NCBI GenBank assembly: GCA_951406725.2
Contig: OX597828.1
Coordinates: forward strand, 30,504,001 to 30,568,000
From: Octopus vulgaris
Taxonomy: Eukaryota
Reading direction: 5' to 3'
Length of the DNA stretch: 64,000 nucleotides
Position numbers and translations under genes: made by a program
Notes under the pieces: model-generated
Seen by the model: the letters and a program-made list of their open reading frames with translations, nothing else
What the model was told of the DNA's origin: nothing
Databases searched by the model: none
Shown here: positions 1 to 14,685 of the stretch, piece by piece
Numbering within the stretch: position 1 is the first letter of the stretch
Layout: the number at the start of each line of letters is the position of its first letter

Positions 1-707
1 CGATTTGACATCTACACTTCTCTCCACTCTCGCGAATTCATTTCACCTTGTGACTGGTCACGAAAAATGGATATTCTATCGAAATGTTAAACGTCGTAAA
101 CAGTAACTTAGTAAAAGTGAAAAGGCTCAACCACAACCGATATAGGAAGTTCATGGGAAAAAGTTTCTTCTTTCTATCTGTTGGGATTGCAAACGAGTAA
201 TTCACTTTGAAATGTTACCACCTAATGCAACAATAAATGCTCAAGTCTACTGTCAGCAATTAGAGCGTTTGTTCCAAGCTTTGAAGAAAAAAAGACCTGC
301 TTTGTGAATCGGAAAGGAATTATGTGTCATCAGGACAATGCGCGACCCCACACTGCAAATCTCACATCACAGAAGATCGAAGATTTTGGCTGGGAAAAAA
401 ATCCTCATCCACCTTATTCTCCTGACCTTGCTCCTTCAGACTATCATTTGTTTCGTAGTTTACAGGATCATTTGGGTGACATAACTTTCGCAAATCATGA
501 GGAGTTCAAAATTGACATTTAAGAATTCTTCAATTTCAAACCAAAAGAGTTTTACATTGATGGGATTAAAAAGCTTGTAAATAGATGGAAGGAAGTCATA
601 GATAATCAGGGAAAGTACATTGATGATTAAATTTCAATTAGATATAACATTTGATCATTTGTTTTCTTTATTCAAAATTCGGACATAACTTATGGCATGA
701 CCTGATA
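1..707 (+). mobile_element. Mariner (DD34D) transposon, 3' part, pseudogenised; cut by the window edge
   Basis: Motifs VTG(H)EKW, HQDNARPH and HPPYSPDLAPSDYHLF (ORF 304-522); premature stops at about 104 and 520; original stop near 630; mariner-type 3' TIR cggacataacttatggcatgacctga-TA ending at 707. Confidence 0.92.
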
Positions 708-936
708 TATAAAAGACGAAAATAATTCGTTCTCTAAATTCATTATTTCTTATAGCATTCAGCTGTTTCAGATATCCGTTTGAGCTCGTTGTTGTTTCAG
801 CCTTATCAATCGATCCATTGATTGACTGAAAATGTTCGATCCTCATCACTAAGTTATATCATTCAGAGGCGAAACAAAGCAACTGCCAAAAAGAGAGTAA
901 TAAAGGAAAGCATGTGCCATTATTATAAAACTAGGT

Positions 937-1064
937 AGAGGTCAATTTTGCCTTTCATCCTTTCGAGGCCCATAAATTAAGTACCAGTTGTGCAATGGGG
1001 TCGATCTAATCGACTAGCCTCCTGCCCACAAATTCGAGGCTTTGTGCCTATAACAGAAGGGATC
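937..1064 (+). mobile_element. 5'-truncated tRNA-SINE (Nin/Deu-like domain family) with 15-bp TSD
   Basis: gcctttcatcctttcgaggcccataaattaagtaccag body matches the copies at 18279, 33975 and 57389; perfect direct repeat attataaaactaggt at 922-936 and 1065-1079. Confidence 0.85.
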
Positions 1065-1189
1065 ATTATAAAACTAGGTCATGTATTATAATCCTAAGCG
1101 GGTGAATGGTACTGATATGAATATGAAATAAATTGTAAACAGTGCTCTGGTGCATTACAACGAAGAAAAAGCAAAACAAAAGCCATCAG

Positions 1190-1665
1190 GTGTACTGTTG
1201 GCGGATTCAACGAAGCATGGACGTGTTGAATGATTTAGTGTCTCGACAGCTGACAACTGATGCAGGTAGTTTATTCCATGCTTCGACAATTCTGAGCGCG
1301 AAAAATGTTTCCGAGAGGGCTGTGTTGTTTTTTGATTTTGTAAGCATGTCCACGTGTGTTTGTCATATGGAATTCAAGAAGGTGCCCAAGGTTGTTGTTG
1401 GAAAGATGCTTGATTATTTTTTAGGTGTATACCAAGTTAGATGTCAGACGTCTGAGCTTCAATGTGTCCATGCCCATGGAAGCTAGTCGTTTATACTATG
1501 GGTGAGAACTGACAGCGGCTTTTCGTTTTGTTGCACGTTTCTGAACACTTTCCAGGAATTTTATATGTTGAGCAAGATAGGGTTCCAGACTACTGATGCA
1601 AATTCTAAGTGCCGACGTATTATAGTTATATACAGTTTTAAATAGATAACTGGCTGACAAAGGCT
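1190..1665 (-). mobile_element. CR1/L2-like LINE 3' fragment
   Basis: Minus-strand translation gives LEFASVVWNPYLAQHIKFLESVQKRATKR and FFALRIVEAWNKLPASVV, typical of the CR1-group ORF2 C-terminus. Confidence 0.8.
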
Positions 1666-2154
1666 TGCCTGTGTAAAAAAAATTGATATCTACTAACTCA
1701 TCATCATCAAAGGCAGATTGTTCGCGGTTACGTGTGTATGTTGAAAAAGATTGAAAAGCAAAGCGTTAACGACTATACAAAAGCAAAGATACCCTGAGGA
1801 CTACTAATTAGTATAGCCTAAATTATTAGAAAATTAGTTATTTGCCACGAATTAAGATTAAGTATAAACAGCTTACAGCAATAGTTAAAATTAGTAATCA
1901 GGGATCATAAATAAACTATAGCAGGTAAAGTAACAACAAGTCTGTAATATAATCCTAAAATATAGCCCTAAGATATCATTGGTAAAGCTGTAATTGTAAG
2001 GCTAAAATATAATTCCTAAAAAGAGTGGTAGAGCAATGAGACAAGAAGAAAATGAATGAGATAAAAAGAAGCAAAACTTAAAAAAAACACAGAATAAAAC
2101 ACGAAAATAAAACTGGGAGAAGTACAGTAGCGATCACCAGATTAATTCCTCTTA

Positions 2155-2276
2155 TACACACATACACACACAAACTCACACATAACATACATAAATACAT
2201 ATACATACATACATACACACACGGATAAAGACAAATAGATAGATAGAGAGATAGACAGACAAACAGACAGACAGAC

Positions 2277-2311
<35 letters not shown>

Positions 2312-2313
2312 AT

Positions 2314-2407
<94 letters not shown>

Positions 2408-2409
2408 AT

Positions 2410-2462
<53 letters not shown>
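2155..2462. repeat. Compound microsatellite (CA)n/(TACA)n/(GACA)n/(GATA)n
   Basis: Directly visible tandem repeats. Confidence 0.97.
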
Positions 2463-3199
2463 TTTAAGAGAATAAACATGACACAAACTCAACAATTAGC
2501 AATAATCAGCTGAAATTTTCGCGAAATTCAAAATCTCAAAATGGAAATGTTGCTTAAAAGAACTTCGATTGCCATTATATTTACTAACGTGCACATATTG
2601 TGAATGCAACTTATTCTGTTACAGCTGGACTGGAGATATGTTTAAAAGTTTTGCTAACCCTGTTTACAAAAACACGTAAATATCATGCCTTGCTCTGTAA
2701 GACCATAAAAGGAAATAAGAAGCTTTAGATTTTCTTAAATGCATTAACGATGAATTGGGCAATTTGAAAAGCAGGAAATGATCTTATATTTCCATGGCAT
2801 GTCTTATTATTTCTGCAGTTCACAATTCCAGAAGAGATCAGAAGGGTACCTGTTTACAACATCTTACAGCCTGTTGGTTAAAGTTGATATATTAACTATA
2901 GATTAACTATAGATTAACTATAGATCTATAGAAAAGTAACAGTTTGGATATGCAAAAACAGTATAATTAATCGTATTGCATGGTATTAATATCAATACTT
3001 TATAGAATTTAGGAGACTGTATTAACACTTAACACTCTTTCAAGTAAAGTTTTAATACGTTTCCTGTTATACGATATGATAGCGGTTAGTATGGCTATTA
3101 TAGCTGCAAAGAACATTCCTATAGTTTCTGTTTTATATACGGCTATACTTCATGTACCAGCAAACAGACATACTATTGTCCTGTTGTTATTCGTATGTT

Positions 3200-3507
3200 G
3201 TAGCCAATGATGACCAAGAACATCACAGCAGAGAAGAAGACCGGACGCGGTGTGTCCGGTTATGATCGACCAGTCCGATTCGTGCGCGGAAGGCAATACT
3301 GCAGGTCAAACACTGGCGACCTTCTGGGACTGGAGGCGACAAACCGGTTCTAGAGTGGTGTGGCTGACATTTTCTTTGCGCCCCTGCAGCCATTTTCTGT
3401 TCGTAGGAGGAGAAACCTTCACTTGGTGCAGCTTCGCCATACAGGGCCGTCTGCACTTGCGTTTCCCAGGCCAATGAGTTGATCTCAAAGATATTTAGTG
3501 AAGCTTT
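3200..3507 (-). mobile_element. RTE-clade LINE 3' end with C-terminal C2H2 finger
   Basis: KASLNIFEINSLAWET...CLTCSIAFRARIGLVDHNRTH (ORF 3223-3474). Confidence 0.8.
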
Positions 3508-3726
3508 GGAAGAAACACAACCTCAGCGAGGACTTGTACAGCAACTTCAGCCACTCTTCTCAATGACAAAAATGCAATCCTGGAAAGGTGAGTAGAGTAC
3601 TTCACATAATAACATTATTTTAACACGTATGCGCGCGCATGCATACACACGCACACACACGCACCCACACCCCTGCACACGCACGCACGTAAGCACACAG
3701 GAACGCGTGCAGAAAACTCTATCTAT

Positions 3727-4077
3727 TTATCCGCTCAGTCGAAGTCGACTCTCGCTTACTCGTTGTATCAGTGTCCTCCAGTCAGTTCTATCCTGGGCCG
3801 CTTCTTTCAGATTGGCTATGTCCATTCCGGTATCATTCTTGATGGTGTCAAGCCAGCGGGTTCTTGGTCGGCCTCTTCCTCTCTTGCCATTGACCATTCC
3901 GAGCATGATGTCCTTCTCCAGGGATTTTCTCCGCATAATATGACCGAAATATGCCAATCTATGCTTGGTGATCCTAGCTTCTAGCGATATTTTCGGCCTG
4001 ATCTGCTTAAGAACTTCTCCATTGGTGAGCCTCGCTGTCCATAGAATCCGTAAAAGTCTTCTCCAACATTAATTCTC
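3727..4077 (-). mobile_element. RTE/BovB-like LINE 3' end
   Basis: CWRRLLRILWTAR...LAYFGHIMRRKSLEKDIMLGMVNGKRGRGRPRTRWLD...AAQDRTDWR (ORF 3727-3957). Confidence 0.9.
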
Positions 4078-4247
4078 TTCTGAGACAAACTCATACATAT
4101 ATATTTCTAGGCAAGTATATAATTTGTCGCAGTGTGACCGAATTGCCAAAAGCTTTACGTTACAACGACAAGGTCCATTTTCGATCCCGTTGTGTGGCAT
4201 CTAAAGGAATTATTTTTCTACCGCCTCGAGATTTATATATGCATGAC

Positions 4248-5102
4248 TACGTTGTGGTGGGAAAAAGTTTACATACTAGTTATATTTAATAAAAATAATT
4301 TGACAAAGTTTTAACATCATCTTCTATGAAAGAAATCAAATTGCCCAACAATAAGCCGGTTCCAGGATTCCTGATGCATTTGGAATCCGGTCTGGAAATC
4401 GTTCTCCGTAAGCGAATCGAGGACCTTCAGCTGTCTTTTCTTCATAGGGAAGAGATGGAAGTTAACAAGTGCTACCTCTGGTGAATATGGCATATACGGA
4501 AATGAGAGCATGTTGTTTTTGGTGAGAATCTCTCAAGTCGAGAGAGCTTGGTGACTGGGTACATTATCGTCGTGAGGAATCCAATTCTTTGCGCTCCAGC
4601 GATCAGGTCATTTTCATTGAATGTCCACCATCAAACGCTTCAAAACGGCGCAATAGGACCACGATTGACGGTATGTCTCTGGGAGACGAATTCTTGATGT
4701 ATAATTCCACGTTTCTGGGTGTGACGCTCGTGGCAAGTATTCCTGGTCGCTCATCGTCAGACAGAGACGTTTTTTCTGCTTTTGAAGCACCCGTACCACA
4801 CGAAACATCCATTACCCCGTCGCTGTAAGCTTATTCATGTTGTCTGTGGCAGACTTCCGAAGTTTAAAGCAATATTTCACGTTGGCTCTTTTCTTCTGTC
4901 CATGATAATATCGCAGACTACAGCATACACGTGATCACAAAAACGCAAATTTCACAACTTACGAAGTAAACACAGCAATGTCACTCCGCACACTACCTCC
5001 TGAAGGTCACTGCAAGCCCTCACGGCGCATAAAACCTCGAGCTGCTCTTTTTGGTGCACTACAGAACTAGTTCGGGAAAGTTTTTTGGTAGCGCAAGGGT
5101 GT
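4248..5102 (-). mobile_element. Degenerate, internally deleted mariner element
   Basis: PYSPEVALVNFHLFPMKKRQLK and RLMVDIQ*KRPDRW...WIPHDDN motifs; N-terminal DDERPG; eroded TIRs near 4248-4281 and 5066-5102. Confidence 0.75.
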
Positions 5103-5339
5103 CTATTTAAGTGTAAACAACGTGATTTGATAACGATTCATCCATTCTTGAGGAATATTATGATTGTCAGTGCATTCATGCAAATACCAGGACTTATAAC
5201 ATATTTTCAAAAGCCAACGATAGAAAGTTTTCTTTCGGTTCTCCAAATAATGCCAAGAATCATTGACAAAATATATGAAAAAATATGAACATCCATGTAA
5301 TATTCGATGAATATGGTACTTGAGAATTCTACCACCGCT

Positions 5340-5340
5340 G

Positions 5341-5421
<81 letters not shown>

Positions 5422-5546
5422 TTATTTATCTATATGTCTGTCTATCTATCTATCTATCTGTCTATCTATCTACCTATCTACCTACCTACCTACATATATA
5501 TCTATCTATCCATCTATCTATCTCTCCATCTATCTATCTACCTACA

Positions 5547-5627
<81 letters not shown>

Positions 5628-5927
5628 GTCTATCTTTTTTTCATTTCTCTTTTCTTTTGTTCCTTTTCCTTTTCTTTTTTCTTCTTTTTATTCTTTTTAT
5701 TTTTTATTCTATTTTTTTTTTTGTTCTTTTCTTCCCTTTTACGATCCCTCTTGATCGAAAACCTACGCCATCCCTTTTTTTTGTTTCTCTTTTGTTTTTT
5801 GTTTTTTTCATCCCCCAAAAGAAAAGCTCTACCTTGTAACTTGTCCCATCTGTGTGCAGCCCTGTGTGGCCAATAAAGAAACTTATCTATCTGTCTATCT
5901 ATCTACCTATCTACCTATCTATCTATA

Positions 5928-5993
<66 letters not shown>

Positions 5994-6025
5994 CCTATCT
6001 ATCTATCGATCTATTTATCTATTTA

Positions 6026-6069
<44 letters not shown>

Positions 6070-6075
6070 TCTATC
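5340..6075. repeat. (TATC)n microsatellite arrays flanking a T-rich low-complexity block
   Basis: Directly visible. Confidence 0.97.
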
Positions 6076-6645
6076 ATCGAGTAAGTAGAATCTTATATTT
6101 TGTACAATAATGAACAAAAAGCAGGAGAGTCTCTTACAATTCAGTTAGGATGGCTGCGGGAACCTTTATATATGATTTGAGGTGCAAACGCATTTCCTCA
6201 AAAGAATGTGGTTAATTTGTGTAGGCAAACGGGCAGTGACTTCCTTCAGTCAGGCGTGTGTGTGATAGTGGCAGCAGAAGATAGAGTTGTTGAGGGACGT
6301 AGATGTTACAACGGGGAACAGGATGGATGACTGGTTACAAGTTGGTAGTTGTGCTAATGATGTTTGCACGCATCGGCGTTGTTGGCGGTTTCGGTACGGC
6401 TGTCCGAATGGCAGTATCTACGTACACTTAGATTATTTAACCGTATTCTTCTGAGGATAAGACTTTTTGCCAGAAATATATAAAGATTTTTCAACTTCCT
6501 CCATTGCATTCTGTGACACTCTGTATATATTGCGTGCAGCTCGCTTCTGCACGCAATATATATATTTCAAACGAGCACACAGTCGCTGATTTTGCAACAA
6601 GCAAAGATGCTGTTTATAAAATCCCACTAAAGGGTCAACGCAGTA

Positions 6646-6646
<1 letters not shown>

Positions 6647-6709
<63 letters not shown>

Positions 6710-6737
6710 TGAAAATAATAACAACAACAACAACACC

Positions 6738-6776
<39 letters not shown>
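6647..6776. repeat. (TA)n followed by (AAC)n/(AAT)n
   Basis: Directly visible. Confidence 0.97.
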
Positions 6777-7163
6777 TATTAACTATTAACTAATAATACC
6801 TATGAGAACTATTACTACCCATTTATTTTAATTTAACTTTAAAAAAAATGAACGAACTAGTGAGTTTAGTTTAATGGCCTACCAATGTATACTATGAGTT
6901 TCTTTGCCCTAAGAGTCGGGAAGACACTCGGCAAGAAATGGAAGCAAATTTGAAAGACGAGGAAAAAAAAGATAATAATAATAATAATAATAATAAGTAA
7001 CAACGAAATAATCAGACCTTGATATTAGATAGAGGATATTTATATATCTTATAATATAGAATAAACAATAGACAGTAGTCATTATAGTATTCGAAGTTTC
7101 AAATGTCGGAGCGAAGGACTACGATACATTCTCATGGGATATTAATGGCAGCATTTCAATAAA

Positions 7164-8282
7164 ATGGAATGTCATGTTAAGCAAAACGAGCATTTTCTTC
7201 CCCTCCTTCTATTTGCTTTTAATCAAAGTTCTAAGGCCGCAAAAGCTGCTCGCGACATTTGTGCTGTGTATGGAGAGGGTGACATAGCAGGAAGAACCCC
7301 TCGTGATTGGTATGCCAAGTAAAAAATGGAAATTTTGACCTCAAAGACGCATCTCGGTCTGGCCGTGCAGTTGAGCTGGATGAAGAAAGATTAAATCAAC
7401 TTTTGCAAGAAAATTCTCATCAAATGACAAGGGAACTCTCAGAGAAAACGGAATGCTCCCACACTGCTATAAAGAAGTATCTTCACTCGATGGTAAATTT
7501 TCATAAGTATGGAGCATGGGTTCCGCATGCTTTAAGTGACAACAACAAAAATCAACGAACCACAATCTCCGCTGGTTTGTTTGCTCGTCACCGCTCAACT
7601 CATGGACACAAGCAACGATTTCTTTACCGAATCGTTACTGGCGACGAAAAAATGGCGCCTGTACATCAATATGAAGCAGCGTAAGGAATGGCTTAGCCCC
7701 GATAAACAAACGACACCGCACGTGAAACAAGATCTTCATCCGCGTAAAACGATATTGTGCGTATGATGGGACTGAGAAGGAATTATCCAATACGAATTGC
7801 TTGAATGGAACCAAACTGTCAACGCGGAACTCTATGTTCAACAGATGGAACGACTCAACAAGGCTATTCAAGAGAAAAGATCGAATCGCCATCATGGAGT
7901 TTTTCTGCTGCACGAAAACGGCCGCCCTCATATCGTCAATATGATCAAGGAAGCCATTCAAATGCATGAATGGGAAGTGCTGCCACATCCGCCGTACTCT
8001 CCTGATTTGGCACCAACGGATTTCCACTTCTTTCGATCTCTTTCAAATGCTATGCGCAGAATTTCGTTCAATACTGATGCAGCATTGAGAGATTGGTTGG
8101 ATCAATTTTTAGAGTCGAAATCGGGCGATTTCAACCAACGAGGTATTGAAAATCTTGTTGAACTTTGGGAAGAAGTTGTAAACAACGAGGGTGAATACAT
8201 TATCGATTAATTAGTTGTCACGTTTTATTAAACCTTTTAAAAGATTAAATAAAAAAAAAAAACTGCCGGAACTTAGTTGCCA

Positions 8283-8289
<7 letters not shown>
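7164..8289 (+). mobile_element. Mariner transposon with near full-length but disrupted transposase (7164-8210) and 3' TIR
   Basis: ATG at 7164; motifs RSGR, WVPHAL, IVTGDEKW, HENGRPH, HPPYSPDLAPTDFHFF and NEGEYIID*; stops and a frameshift present; 3' TIR aactgccggaacttagttgccaaccc-TA runs into (TA)n; no 5' TIR found. Confidence 0.95.
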
Positions 8290-8339
<50 letters not shown>

Positions 8340-8870
8340 GTAACTCACACACACGTGTGCATGAAATTCGTCCTTATGCACTGGACATAATCTCACACAT
8401 ATATACATACGTATACATATAAAATATATACATACCTATACATATTGTCACACACGTACACATTCATACAATTAAAAATGAAAAAGGGAATAAAATTTAA
8501 AAAAAATATATAAAGAATAAAAAGTTAAAATATTAAAAAAATTAAAAGAAGATAAGATATATGGGAAGATTATACAGGAACAGTAAAATTGTGGATTCTT
8601 GCCGCGATCATGTGGGGACCAACACCGTAACAGGGGTTTTGTCACATAAGGACATGAACCAAAATGTTCAGTTCTTGAATTTCAACATATATCGATGCCT
8701 GAGGAACTTTTCCAGAAGAACCATCTTTCTATATTACAATGACACACTTGCGACTACCGTTGGTGTAAGATTTACACTTGGCTAAGATATTTTAATTTTT
8801 TAAATAAAGTGTGTCGTTCAATTCATTTTTTATATTCATCACTCTCTCTCTCACTCTCTCTAGATATATG

Positions 8871-8949
<79 letters not shown>

Positions 8950-8967
8950 CATATATATACATACATA

Positions 8968-9019
<52 letters not shown>

Positions 9020-9199
9020 CATTTATTTATACACATTCACACACGTATATACGAAGAAGTCGATACGTATAAATATAGACAGATCTATGAATTAATTCCC
9101 TGTGTGGGTTTAATCATGTATACAATTTGTACTATATTCTAAATATGTTCTTCCAAGTGTAGCCAATAAGAATATCAAACTTCGGGACATTTACACTTG

Positions 9200-9660
9200 T
9201 TTTCACTAACGTCTAGTAATACGATTTACCGAAATTCCAAATTTTAGAGATATTTGCCTCCGTTTTTGTGTTCTCTAATTTGGCTATATCTTCTAACTTT
9301 GGCCTATTATTTTCTGGTCTCTGGCACACATGAAACATGCTACGATCCTTCCTTTGTTCAAAGAATTTGAAGTCCCAGCAATTTTATGAAAGTACCGTAT
9401 AAACTGGTTAAGTATTAAAAGAAAATTATTCGCAAGTTTGTTGCTTCTGTTCTTCTAGAAATAATATGCTTTTGACAATAGTTGCATTCGGTAACCGAAG
9501 GATATTTAAAATAAGATTTGTATTTGGCGTGTTTTAAATATCATTCATGCCGTAGGTAGAAAATGTATTTCAAACCATTTGAAAATTTGACACGACATTT
9601 GCAGTGATTTGTATAATCTTTTCAGGAATTAAGAATATCTGCTGGCGATCCTTCGGGAAC
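9200..9660 (-). mobile_element. Possible very degenerate hAT (Charlie/Buster-like) transposase fragment
   Basis: Weak patches only: SVNRITRR and HIISRRTEATNL resemble the LSxNTVxRR and HxIAKxxKPHT motifs. Confidence 0.25.
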
Positions 9661-10160
9661 ATTTGAGAAGCTTCTCTCGCTTTCTTAATATAAATATATA
9701 ATTGTCCTTCAAATTTGATATTATCATTTGCTTTCTTGTTTCCTGGGCTTTATCAGAGTGTATATGAATATATATAAGTGTAAGTATGTGTGTGGTGCGT
9801 ATTTTTCTTATTCTGTGTGCATGTACGTGTGTGGATGTGTGTGTTTGTATGGATGCGTGTATGTATGTATGTGGTTGCTTGCATGTGTAACATTAAAGTA
9901 GATGGATGTGTATACAACTACTCACATACAGACACTGTTGCATGTGCAGTGGCATAAATTTGTGTGCGCGCGTGTGTGTGTGTTTGCGTGTGAGTGTGCC
10001 TCTGTGTACGTATGTGCATATGTGGATGTTTATATATCTGTATGTGCGTGTGTGCGCGAGTATACGTGACTGAAGCTGTAGGCATCTCTCAAATGATTCT
10101 GCATAAGATTTAAATTTTATTTACCTATCAAGCATTGAATCTCTCCACGGACGCGTACAT

Positions 10161-11463
<1,303 letters not shown>

Positions 11464-11862
11464 AACCAAATTGAATTCTTCGCTGTTTCTTCTCTATGCG
11501 CTTCTTCATTATTTACTCTTCATATTGATGAAACTCCTTGTTTCAGATCGGTTTTATTACCAGATATCATAAATATTTTTGCATAGTTTTGTATATCAAT
11601 AGCTATATCATACAACATTGGAAGCAAAAACCGCAGTTAGATAGGATGCAGTCAATTTGCATTGAATTAATAACTAACAAATTTTGTAAGTCAATCGTTG
11701 TTGGTCAGTATTTCTCTATTTTCCGTTACATATATATTCATTCTCATTCTGAGATTTAATTATGCTTACTGTTCGTTTTTCGACATCAGTGACAGACGCC
11801 ATTAGAAAAACTTATATCTATTTGCAAAGGAGCCTTCACTTTCATCGCTACCTGGTGGTTAC

Positions 11863-11905
11863 TGCCCGTTGACGAGGGACAACAATCCCGAAACTAGTTC
11901 GAGCG
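11863..11905 (+). ncRNA. Minimal type I hammerhead ribozyme-like motif (C3U core variant)
   Basis: tgcccg-TTGACGA-ggga(caacaa)tccc-GAAA-ctag-TT-cgagcg: stems I and II pair, and stem III is palindromic. Confidence 0.7.
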
Positions 11906-12552
11906 TATCACTCAGGCTTGCGAGGAAGGGATGGCCTCCTTTGCAAATACTCCAAGGACACAGATATTGTGTCTAGAGCCAGCTAGAGACGAAGATCTCT
12001 TGGGGCTATAAAGCTACAGTAACACCCCCTCCCCAATGTGGTTAGCCATGATAAGATGGCTTCTATACTTTACAATATATATATATATATATATCATTTA
12101 TTTGAAGTGTATAAAAGTGCTACTAACTCAAATATATTCTTGAGAAATCTCAAACCACATATCATAACGAACTAAAGAAATTGAATAATAGACGAAACGC
12201 CAAAAGATTGTGAAGGCAGCATATAGAAAACGCAGACTGCAAACAACGGAAAACGAAAAACGGAAAACGGGGAACATAAACTTAAATTATAAAAATTAAA
12301 AAGTAAAATTGTAAGAGAGATGTCCTCCTTACACCTTAAATGATAAGTCTGGAAAGATATAAAGTCAGTCAAAATTAGCCGGAAATATCCAATACTTCAA
12401 AATATATTTATACATATGCGCGCAATCACCGAAAACGTCTAACCTGAAGTTCAATAAAGAGTTTAGGATTTAAGATCTACACTAAGTCTGCATTTATCCG
12501 ATTCATTCACCTCAGCTATGGATTTCTTAATTACATTCCTTTTACTTACCTG

Positions 12553-12857
12553 GAGTCACATGACCTTGTGGTTAGAGCAGCGGACTCGCAGTCGAGGGAT
12601 CGCCGGTTCGAATCTCAGACCGGACGATTTGTGTGTTTATGAGTGAAACACCTAAGCTCCACGCGGCTCCGGCAGAAGGTAATGGCGAAACTTCTGCTGA
12701 CTCTTTCGCCACAACTTTCTCTCACTCTTTCCTCCTGCATCTTGCACCTCACCTGCGATGGACCGGCGACCCGTCCAGGTGGGGAACCTATACGCCAAGA
12801 AACCGGGAAACCGGCCCTTATGAGCCAGGCATGGCTCGAGAAGGAACAAACAACAAG
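12553..12857 (+). mobile_element. Full-length tRNA-derived SINE with Meta/V-like central domain
   Basis: A box tgaccttgtggtt; B box ggttcgaatc; cctgcgatggaccggcgacccgtccagg domain; (CAA) tail; degenerate TSD ttttacttacctg (12540-12552) and ttttacctacatg (12860-12872). Confidence 0.8.
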
Positions 12858-13202
12858 TATTTTACCTACATGCGATGTTTCATTTTCTTTCAAAGACCAT
12901 ACATAACTCGCCAACTTAGCAGCTTTACTTTTGTCCCTATGTCGGAAGGAAGCTATGTGATTTGCCTAGCGATTTTTAAATTCACCTTATATAGGTTTTC
13001 TTATCAGTTGTATTATTATTTAAGGTTGCAGCAATATATGATAGATTTAGTCATACATCGTTGGTCAGTTAGAGAAGATCCTGTGTCACGACAGTTGCAA
13101 CTGGATTAAGGTTCTTGGTATTGACCACGTGTAATGATACTAGCAGCGATGTGATAGCTTCAGAGAACGCCTGTTAAATATTTTGCTGTATCCTTGATTG
13201 AC

Positions 13203-13265
<63 letters not shown>

Positions 13266-13350
13266 AATAAGATCGTTAATATAAAAATATAATAACAATT
13301 TTATCAAGTGGCCAGCATGGAAAATATAAACTTCAATGGTAATATTTATT

Positions 13351-13446
<96 letters not shown>

Positions 13447-13448
<2 letters not shown>

Positions 13449-13852
13449 GAGTGGCTGTGTGGTAAGTAGCTTGTTTACCAACCACACGGTTCCGGGTTCA
13501 GTCCCACTGCGTGGCACCTTGGGCAAGTGTCTTCTACTGTAGCCTCGGGCCGACCAAAGCTTTGTGAGTGGATTTGGTAGACGGAAACTGAAAGAAGCCC
13601 GTCGTATATATGTATATATATATATATGCGTCTGTGTGTTTGTGTGTCTGTGTTTGTCCCCCTAGCATTGCTTGACAACCGATGCTGGTGTGTTTATGTC
13701 CCCGTTACTTAGCGGTTCTGCAAAAGAGACCGATAGAATAAGTACTGGGCTTACAAAAAGAATAAGTCCCTGGTTTGAGTTGCTCGATTAAAGGCGGTGC
13801 TCCATCATGGCCGCAGTCAAATGACTGAAACAAGTAAAAGAGTAAAAGAGTA
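13447..13852 (+). mobile_element. tRNA/CORE-like SINE, full length, with internal microsatellite and (GTAAAAGA)n tail
   Basis: tggctgtgtggt A box; gggttcagtccc B box; ccttgggcaagtg CORE-like segment; near-identical to 58292-58682. Confidence 0.9.
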
Positions 13853-14393
13853 ATATATCTCGCTTTTGAATTTGGTTTGCATCAGACAAGCACTCGTACG
13901 CACACGTACACAAATGAAGACTGAAACACATGACCATATATACGCGCACACTTTATTTCACACTGGGATACATTTGGTGACGCACGTCCACACATATGGA
14001 GATGCACATCTATACATTCTAACACGATACATAGTTGCAACACACACAAACACACACACACACGCACGCACCCGCATATATAAAAACACACAAACACGGA
14101 TACGCTAACATGAATATGCAGAATACATGCAAACATAAATACATACAAACATATATACATATGCACACACATACATGCATACACACATGCATACATACAT
14201 GTGTAGGTACACACGAGCACAAACAAACAAAAAGGACCGCAGTGTGAGTAATAGATAGAATGAAAACTATTGATAAGTTTGCAAGACGCAACGAAAATTT
14301 TGGAAAAATAAAAAATAAATGAATGGAAATTTTACCGGTGAGTGTATTAAATTATAAGGCAGTAAAATAGAATGACTCTCTCCAGACACAGCA

Positions 14394-14458
<65 letters not shown>

Positions 14459-14462
14459 TACT

Positions 14463-14510
<48 letters not shown>

Positions 14511-14639
14511 GGTGGGGTTGTAAAGTAGAAAATGTATAAGTGCGGAAATGACCTGGTGGATATAAATAGAGAAAGAGATAAAATGAAAAAAGAGATAAGA
14601 TGAAAAACAAATCTGTGTTTTTTTCATCTTATCTCTGTG

Positions 14640-14685
<46 letters not shown>

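Noticed and set aside
2892-2924. Three copies of attaactatag
   Set aside because: It is a simple 11-bp slippage repeat with no spacers, so not CRISPR-like.
7164-8210. Domesticated or active mariner transposase
   Set aside because: It has multiple stops, a frameshift, the second catalytic Asp changed to Glu, and no 5' TIR.
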